Made by a program: the position numbers and the translations under genes
In this document: one piece after another, positions 58,248 to 64,000 of the stretch
How the letters are laid out: each line of letters starts with the position of its first letter
Numbering within the stretch: position 1 is the first letter of the stretch
Assembly: GCA_001776935.1 (NCBI GenBank)
Contig: MFDN01000014.1
Span: forward strand, 1,464-65,463
Direction of reading: 5' to 3'
DNA: 64,000 nucleotides
From: Candidatus Daviesbacteria bacterium RIFCSPLOWO2_01_FULL_39_23
GTDB lineage: Bacteria > Patescibacteriota > Microgenomatia > Daviesbacterales > UBA10151
The notes under the pieces: generated by a model
What the model was told of the DNA's origin: nothing
The model's database searches: none
The model's input: the letters and a program-made list of their open reading frames with translations, nothing else

Positions 58248-59264
58248 ATGGATAACCTTGACCCAAAAAATGTGCTTGGTTCAACAGAAATGTTTGCTTT
58301 GCAGTGCAAACAAATTTGGGAAGAAGCCAAAAAATTAGAATTTCCCTCTGAATATCAAAATATTGAAAATATTATAGTTTGCGGTATGGGTGGTTCTGCT
58401 TACGGGGGTTATATAATTTCTTCCCTTTTTAAGGATAAATTAAAAGTCCCGATTGTTTCAAACAATGATTATACAATTCCTGCATTTGCCGGTGAAAACA
58501 CATTAGTTGTTCTTTCCAGCTATTCAGGATCAACAGAAGAAGTTTTATCCTGCGCCCAAAAAGCCAAAGAAGCAGGCTGTAAACTCACAGCCCTAACAGG
58601 CGGAGGAAAGCTTGAAGAATTTCTCAAGGACGCAGGTGCTCCTGCTTTGATTTTTGAACCAAAACACAATCCTTCAGGCCAACCCAGGCTGGGGACAGGG
58701 TATATGGTATTGGGAATGATAGCCCTTTTAAATAGGTCAGGCATACTTTCAGTTTCAGATAAGGAAGTTGCAAAAGCCATTTCTGAACTTGAAACTGATA
58801 CTGAGAATATCAAAAGTAAAGCAAAAGAAATGTCGGAAAAAATCAAAGGCTTTATTCCGGTGATTTTTTCAGCAGAATTTTTAGGAGGCAATAATCACAT
58901 AATAAGAAACCAATTTAATGAAACCTCAAAGAGTTTTTCTGCTTTTGCACCATTGCCGGAATTAAACCATCATCTTTTGGAAGGCTTTAAAAATCCGGAA
59001 GATAAAAAGCTGTTTGTATTATTTATTTCCTCAGACCTATATTCGGATAAATTAAAAAAGAGGGTTGAGTTAACCAAAGATGTAATAGAAAAAAATAATG
59101 TTTCTTTTGATGAATACAAGCCGGCCGGGTCTTCCAAACTTGCCCAAATGTTAAACACTTTAGCTTTCGGAGGCTACTTAACCCTGTATCTAGCCTTTTC
59201 TTATGGCCTGGACCCAAGCCTTATCCCCTGGGTAGACTATTTCAAAGCCCAAATGGAAAAATGA
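58248..59264 (+). CDS. Bifunctional phosphoglucose/phosphomannose isomerase (SIS domain)
   Basis: CGMGGSA, SSYSGSTEE, GQPR, QFNETSK, PELNHH, VDYFK. Confidence 0.92.
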   Translation: MDNLDPKNVLGSTEMFALQCKQIWEEAKKLEFPSEYQNIENIIVCGMGGSAYGGYIISSLFKDKLKVPIVSNNDYTIPAFAGENTLVVLSSYSGSTEEVLSCAQKAKEAGCKLTALTGGGKLEEFLKDAGAPALIFEPKHNPSGQPRLGTGYMVLGMIALLNRSGILSVSDKEVAKAISELETDTENIKSKAKEMSEKIKGFIPVIFSAEFLGGNNHIIRNQFNETSKSFSAFAPLPELNHHLLEGFKNPEDKKLFVLFISSDLYSDKLKKRVELTKDVIEKNNVSFDEYKPAGSSKLAQMLNTLAFGGYLTLYLAFSYGLDPSLIPWVDYFKAQMEK

Positions 59265-59268
59265 TTTT

Positions 59269-59550
59269 ATGGAAATACCTGAAAAAGGATCCGATATAAG
59301 ATTTACCAAAACTGCAGGTAATGTTAAAAAGGTTAATATCCCTGCCTATGGTGATGTATATGTTTGTCCATATCCTCCATCTGACTTTCCAGATACGCAA
59401 AAAGCAGCCAAGGCAATAATATACGCTAAAAAGGGAATAAAACGAAAGTAACAACCTTACGAACATTACTACTACGACCGTATGTTTAATGTGAACAGTA
59501 AGATAGTTTCGTATATCTATCCTTGGGGTGGCAAGCTAAACCTTCACTGA
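59269..59550 (+). pseudogene. Small orphan gene, possibly interrupted by an in-frame TAA at 59449-59451
   Basis: 60-aa ORF; the same frame continues 32 codons (QPYEHYYYDRMFN...KLNLH) to TGA at 59550. Confidence 0.35.
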
Positions 59551-59565
59551 GTCCTCACATCTGAG

Positions 59566-59586
59566 TTCCCACATCGGATGTGGGAA
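59566..59586. repeat. REP-like palindrome / bidirectional terminator
   Basis: TTCCCACAT-CGG-ATGTGGGAA between convergent genes. Confidence 0.7.
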
Positions 59587-59593
59587 GCTAAAC

Positions 59594-60784
59594 TTATTCA
59601 TATCGCAAAGCAGTAATTGGATCCAGTTTGGCAGCGCGGATGGCTGGGGCTACTCCAAAAATTATTCCCACAATGGCTGAAAATCCAAAAGATAAAAGCA
59701 CCGACCACCAGGGGACTGTGGTTGTAAAAAACCGGCCAATGATAAGGGAAATCCCAAAGCCTAAAACAATCCCGATTATCCCTCCTAGTCCAGATAAAGT
59801 GATTGCCTCAATTAAAAACTGGTTCCTGATATCAGATGGCTTTGCTCCCACAGCTTTCCTGAGTCCAATCTCCCTTGTCCTCTCCGTAACAGAAACAAGC
59901 ATAATATTCATAATTCCAATACCTCCTACAATAAGGGATATGGCTGCTATTCCTCCTAAAGCCAGGCTTAAAACTCCCGTAATTTGAGAAATTGTAGATA
60001 AAGCCTGTTCCTGGGACTGAACAGTAAACTCATCTTCTGATAATCTCCTTTTTAATATTGCAGTAGCTTTATCCTGTACGATTTTTACCTCATCCGAATC
60101 ATTTGCGGAAATATAGATAGTATTAAGCCTGTCTATCCCGAATTGCCTTTGAGCTGTCTGAAAAGGTACATATATCGAATTATCCTGGTCAATCCCAAAA
60201 ATTGATCCCCGCGGTTCCAGCACACCGATAACCTTATATTTTATGGCGGCAACATCAATTATCTGATTTAAAGAAGTTCCTTCTCCGAAAAGGGTTGTTT
60301 TAGCACTTTGTCCGATAACCGCCACTTTTCTGGCTGATTGCTGTTCTGAAGAATTAAAAAATCTGCCCTGAGTAAGTTTTATGGAAATAATTTTAGGATA
60401 ATTTGATTCAACACCAAAAACTGCTGCGCCTTTGTCATTTTTATTACCGAATTTTAAAGTGGCGTTTCTCTGGATAGCCGCAGAAACATCTGCCTCACCT
60501 GCAAGTTTGCTTCTTAAATTAACTGCGTCACTGTAAATTAAGCGGTTTGCCTGCACACCACCCGGAGACCTGGCCCCGCCAATTCTACCCGGAATCACAA
60601 ATAATAAATTAGATCCTAGCCCCTGAATTTGTGCTGTAATAAAAGTCTGCAATCCTGTAACCATGGAAATGAGTAATATCACGGACATCACGCCGATAAC
60701 TATCCCGAGCATGGTTAAAAACGACCTTAACTTATTGGCAAGAATGGCTTTAAAAGCTGATGATGTGATTTCTAAAATATCCAT
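59594..60784 (-). CDS. MacB-family ABC exporter permease
   Basis: NKLRSFLTMLGIVIGV, GGIGIMNIMLVSVTERTREIGLRKAVGA, PAIRAAKLDPITALRYE. Confidence 0.95.
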   Translation of the reverse strand: MDILEITSSAFKAILANKLRSFLTMLGIVIGVMSVILLISMVTGLQTFITAQIQGLGSNLLFVIPGRIGGARSPGGVQANRLIYSDAVNLRSKLAGEADVSAAIQRNATLKFGNKNDKGAAVFGVESNYPKIISIKLTQGRFFNSSEQQSARKVAVIGQSAKTTLFGEGTSLNQIIDVAAIKYKVIGVLEPRGSIFGIDQDNSIYVPFQTAQRQFGIDRLNTIYISANDSDEVKIVQDKATAILKRRLSEDEFTVQSQEQALSTISQITGVLSLALGGIAAISLIVGGIGIMNIMLVSVTERTREIGLRKAVGAKPSDIRNQFLIEAITLSGLGGIIGIVLGFGISLIIGRFFTTTVPWWSVLLSFGFSAIVGIIFGVAPAIRAAKLDPITALRYE

Positions 60785-60791
60785 ATTGGTA

Positions 60792-60846
60792 AGTCGTCAG
60801 ATAAAATCAGAAAAGTCTGAAAGCTGAAGACTGATGACTGATAGCT
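60792..60846. repeat. Heptamer inverted-repeat mini-element between the ABC genes
   Basis: AGTCGTCAG...CTGAAAG CTGAAGA CTGATGA CTGATAG; same family as 21844-21894. Confidence 0.75.
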
Positions 60847-61510
60847 ATTTCATTATCTCTCCATCCTTTATCCTGACTGTCTTCTTTGCGTGTCTGGCTA
60901 TATCAACCTCATGTGTAATCATAATGATAGTTTTTCCTTCTTTGTTTAACTTTTGGAAAATATGCATTATTTCATCGCCTGATTTTGAATCCAAATTTCC
61001 TGTTGGCTCATCTGCCAAAATTATTTCCGGCTCATTTACTAATGCTCTTGCTATCGCCACCCTTTGCTGCTGGCCCCCTGAAAGCTGATTTGGATGGGAA
61101 AGCAGTTTATCAGACAAACCAACCTGTTCCAGAGCCTTTTTTGCTCTCTCCTGTCTGTCTTTTTCCGGAACTCCCGCATAAATTAAAGGCATGGCCACAT
61201 TATCCAAAGCAGAAGTCCGGGGTAGTAAATTAAAAGATTGGAAAATAAAACCGATTTTTTTATTTCTTATTTCTGCCAGATGATTTTCATTAAGATGCGC
61301 TGTATTTTGGCCGTCAAGTTCGTATGAACCGCTGGTTGGTTTATCCAAAAGGCCAATTATATTCATTAAAGTTGACTTGCCTGATCCGGATGAACCGATA
61401 ATGGCTAAAAACTCTTCTTTTTTTACTTCCAGGTTGATATTGCTTAGAGCCTGGAATTTCACATCTCCTGTTGAATAAACCTTATTTACTTTAGAAAATT
61501 TAACTAACAT
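60845..61510 (-). CDS. MacB/LolD-type ABC ATP-binding protein
   Basis: [37 protein letters not shown]. Confidence 0.96.
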   Translation of the reverse strand: MLVKFSKVNKVYSTGDVKFQALSNINLEVKKEEFLAIIGSSGSGKSTLMNIIGLLDKPTSGSYELDGQNTAHLNENHLAEIRNKKIGFIFQSFNLLPRTSALDNVAMPLIYAGVPEKDRQERAKKALEQVGLSDKLLSHPNQLSGGQQQRVAIARALVNEPEIILADEPTGNLDSKSGDEIMHIFQKLNKEGKTIIMITHEVDIARHAKKTVRIKDGEIMK

Positions 61511-61513
61511 TTG

Positions 61514-61552
61514 TGTTAAGGTCGCACCTTGACAAAGGTGCGACCTTGGTAA
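61514..61552. repeat. REP-like 13-bp perfect inverted repeat, copy 2
   Basis: TGTT-AAGGTCGCACCTT-GACA-AAGGTGCGACCTT-GGTAA. Confidence 0.85.
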
Positions 61553-62653
61553 CTATCTCCTTCCGCCTCCACCGATTCTTAAAATTCCCTGCAAAGGATT
61601 TCTGGCCCTGTTATTTGGTATACCTTGCGCAGGGGGATTTAAGACTACCCTGTCTTCTTCTTTTAAGCCTTCTTTAATTTCTACATCAGTATCAGATCTG
61701 ATTCCGGGTACAACCTTCTGAGAACGAACTCCATCGGGTGTTTGAATAAGAACAGTATTGTCTTCTCTTAAAGCTTCCTGGGGAATGGTTAAAACATTTT
61801 TTTGCTCGGATAATATTACTGACGCCTGGCCGTTTAAGCCATTAATGAACTCCATTTTGGATTCATCCAATTTTATCCGGGCAGTAATTACAGTAGCGCC
61901 TGTTGATGTGGATTTGGTTTGAGGCAGAATTTGTTCCACACTGCCTTTAAAAATTTTATCCGGATAAGCGTCTAATATAACCTCAGCCGGTTGCCCTTCT
62001 GACAGCTTGCTTATATCCGCCTCATCTATGTCAGTATCAAAATAAACCGCAGAATTATCCACTATTTGTACGATCAAATCCGTTCCGGAGACAGACTGGC
62101 CAACTGTTTCTATAGCTTGAGTCACTATTCCGTCTAAAGGCGAAATAATTACAGCATCCTGAAAAGCCCTCTGGGCAGCTTTGACATTGTCAAAAGCTGA
62201 ATCTCTTGCTGCCTGGGCAGTAGTTCTGGTAACTTTTTGAGCAAATGACTCATCACTTGAGTGATCCTTTACATCATCCTCTGCTTTTTGGGCAATTGCC
62301 TGCTTGTCCCGTAAAGTATTTTGAGCCTGCTGTAGAGTTATGGCAAGGCCCTGTGTATCCAGTCCTGCAATTACCTGTCCGGTGCTGACTGTATCTCCTG
62401 TTTTAACATTCACATAGCTTAATTTACCGGATGATTTAAATTTCAAACTGACGCTGTCTTTGCCTGTTAAGCTGCCGGAGGATGAAACTGTGGATTTTAT
62501 ATCCTGCTTTTTAACTTCGGCAAACTGCAAAGGAGTCTGCTTTTTTTGTCCAAAAGTATTCAAAATGAAAAAGCCAGCAATAAGAAGTATTATTAACAGT
62601 AGGATTTTCTTTTTGGAAGGCCTTAAAATCCCAGGGATCTTCATAATCCGCAT
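61553..62653 (-). CDS. MacA/HlyD-type membrane fusion (adaptor) protein
   Basis: N-terminal TM, VKTGDTV..GQVIA, IISPLDGIV, IDEADI..L..GQ, VLTIP, VEIKEGLKEED. Confidence 0.92.
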   Translation of the reverse strand: MRIMKIPGILRPSKKKILLLIILLIAGFFILNTFGQKKQTPLQFAEVKKQDIKSTVSSSGSLTGKDSVSLKFKSSGKLSYVNVKTGDTVSTGQVIAGLDTQGLAITLQQAQNTLRDKQAIAQKAEDDVKDHSSDESFAQKVTRTTAQAARDSAFDNVKAAQRAFQDAVIISPLDGIVTQAIETVGQSVSGTDLIVQIVDNSAVYFDTDIDEADISKLSEGQPAEVILDAYPDKIFKGSVEQILPQTKSTSTGATVITARIKLDESKMEFINGLNGQASVILSEQKNVLTIPQEALREDNTVLIQTPDGVRSQKVVPGIRSDTDVEIKEGLKEEDRVVLNPPAQGIPNNRARNPLQGILRIGGGGRR

Positions 62654-62694
62654 ATTTTAATATATAGGATAGAAAAAATAAAGTATGGGAGGAG

Positions 62695-63177
62695 TTATTG
62701 AGGTTTTCTTAAACCGACATATTCTGAATAATGCATTTTTACTCCAGCTGCGGCTTCTAATGTATAAACTATCTTCGTACCTAAATCCAGCCATTCACCG
62801 GATTTACCAAATTCTCTCCATTCATTCGTCGATTCATCTGATATGGAAAGTATAATGGAGTTATCGCTTGGTCGATAGCATGTTCTTTCTTCAAGATTGT
62901 TGCCCAGGGATCTTCTTTTAAGTACCAAATAGGAAGGCACAATAACTCCTTGCTCCTGGAGGGATGCCGCAAGTGCTCCGATGGTTCTTCTGACCCGCCT
63001 ATTTGCTTTACCCTGATCCTCCGAAATCGCTATTCTTTTGCTTTCAACAGTCGATTGACTCCTGACAACAAAGGCATGCAGGTCGCCTTCTTTCTTGCCG
63101 ATAGCTCTTTTCTGCTTTGTTACAACACCTTCTGCAGTTGCGAGTGCCTCTTTAATTCCTTCTTTATTAGTTGCCAT
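62695..63177 (-). CDS. Hypothetical orphan protein
   Basis: 160-aa ORF with a TTGACA-17-TATAAT promoter upstream. Confidence 0.6.
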   Translation of the reverse strand: MATNKEGIKEALATAEGVVTKQKRAIGKKEGDLHAFVVRSQSTVESKRIAISEDQGKANRRVRRTIGALAASLQEQGVIVPSYLVLKRRSLGNNLEERTCYRPSDNSIILSISDESTNEWREFGKSGEWLDLGTKIVYTLEAAAGVKMHYSEYVGLRKPQ

Positions 63178-63297
63178 TTTTATAAGGATTAACCGATAGT
63201 TAAATTATATGCATATTCATTGAATTGTCAAGCGTCTTATGTCAAGTCGCACCTAGTAGACATTACCACTGTAAAGATACCTTCTAGGGGTTAAACT

Positions 63298-64000
63298 TTA
63301 ACGGTTTACAAAAAGAACTGCATTGGGGATATTTCTGCCGGGTCCAACTTTGTAACCTCCATGCCATAGCGCGGTTGAACCGCCCTCATCCAAATTTAAG
63401 GCATCTCCCATATCCAATGCTTTTAATACTTTGGCAGATTCGCCCATAGTGGCGCCGTATATAACACCGATATAAACCATATTGCCTTTTATTCCTATAA
63501 AAGTTCTTGGTCCTTTTTGGCCAAACTTTGGCTCTGAGGGATTTTCAGTAAAGTTAATATTCCCTCCGGTAATTAAAAGCGGATAATTGGCAATAACACT
63601 GTCAGGAGAGGTATCGCGTCCCCATTCTAAAGACCTGCCTACAAATCTGGCAGAGCCTTGAGAAAAGATTGCTGCAGGAATATTGGAATAGACATTATTA
63701 TCAGAATTAAAGTAACGTTTATTTTTATTCATCACAAGCGTGTCAAAAGAGTTAGTCTTGCCCGAGCAGCTTGAATATTCAGGCGGACAAAAAAAAGATC
63801 CGTTGATGCCTGCATAGGCCCCGTTTCTCCCAACATAATCCCCCAAAGGCATTACAGGACAGTTATTGGAGCAATCAGATTCTGATGCAGTATCTACAAT
63901 CACTTTAGTGGTATTCAAATCAGCAGCAATAATATCAACCTTGTAATTTTGTCCTTCTGCATTGACTGTTTGTCTTGTATATCCGGGCCCGGGCAAAGTG
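63298..64000 (-). CDS. Phosphodiester glycosidase (NAGPA-like) domain protein, 5'-truncated by the window edge
   Basis: AGINGSFF, PRTFIG, ALNLDEGGST, RNIPNAV. Confidence 0.85.
   Translation of the reverse strand, partial: TLPGPGYTRQTVNAEGQNYKVDIIAADLNTTKVIVDTASESDCSNNCPVMPLGDYVGRNGAYAGINGSFFCPPEYSSCSGKTNSFDTLVMNKNKRYFNSDNNVYSNIPAAIFSQGSARFVGRSLEWGRDTSPDSVIANYPLLITGGNINFTENPSEPKFGQKGPRTFIGIKGNMVYIGVIYGATMGESAKVLKALDMGDALNLDEGGSTALWHGGYKVGPGRNIPNAVLFVNR

Noticed and set aside
24575-59451. Stop-codon reassignment or TAA read-through, suggested by in-frame TAAs at 24575 and 59449
   Set aside because: Conserved genes end normally at TAA (uvrB, tkt, tal), TGA (uvrA, uvrC) and TAG (typA, lexA); isolated nonsense mutations or errors are simpler
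59594-62653. macAB as a macrolide-resistance determinant
   Set aside because: Family-level motifs only; substrate cannot be inferred and no outer-membrane channel gene is adjacent

Overview
Bacterial chromosomal segment, most consistent with a Patescibacteria/CPR genome, probably Microgenomates. This is an inference from short intergenic spaces, mostly leaderless-style starts, tRNA-Arg(TCG), a CvpA-CAP fusion, PaaX/Cas2-like and RAYT-like genes, and many N-terminally anchored surface proteins. The genetic code looks standard. Recognisable core: SOS/nucleotide excision repair genes (lexA, uvrB, uvrA, short uvrC), rsmI, dedA, secG, corA, typA, a sugar/non-oxidative pentose phosphate cluster (ROK kinase, rpe, tkt, tal, PGI/PMI, HAD), a MacAB-type exporter and three tRNAs (Lys-TTT, Lys-CTT, Arg-TCG). 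Accessory content: a 6-gene island of membrane-anchored beta-propeller proteins next to tRNA-Lys, a ~1900-aa multi-domain surface protein, a disrupted ~1630-codon orphan inserted between uvrB and uvrA and flanked by a duplicated uvrA promoter, a class F sortase beside a 53-aa secreted peptide ending APATG-MGY, a RAYT-like pseudogene with REP palindromes, and many solitary orphan genes. Non-coding highlights: a candidate LexA operator (TTCG-N7-TTCG) at lexA, uvrB and uvrA; heptamer inverted-repeat mini-elements inserted in frame into uvrA, uvrC and other genes; several REP families; and terminator-like hairpins inside putative 5' leaders (corA, a DUF1003-like gene, typA). No CRISPR array or rRNA was seen. 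All family assignments come from reading motifs by eye, not from database searches.
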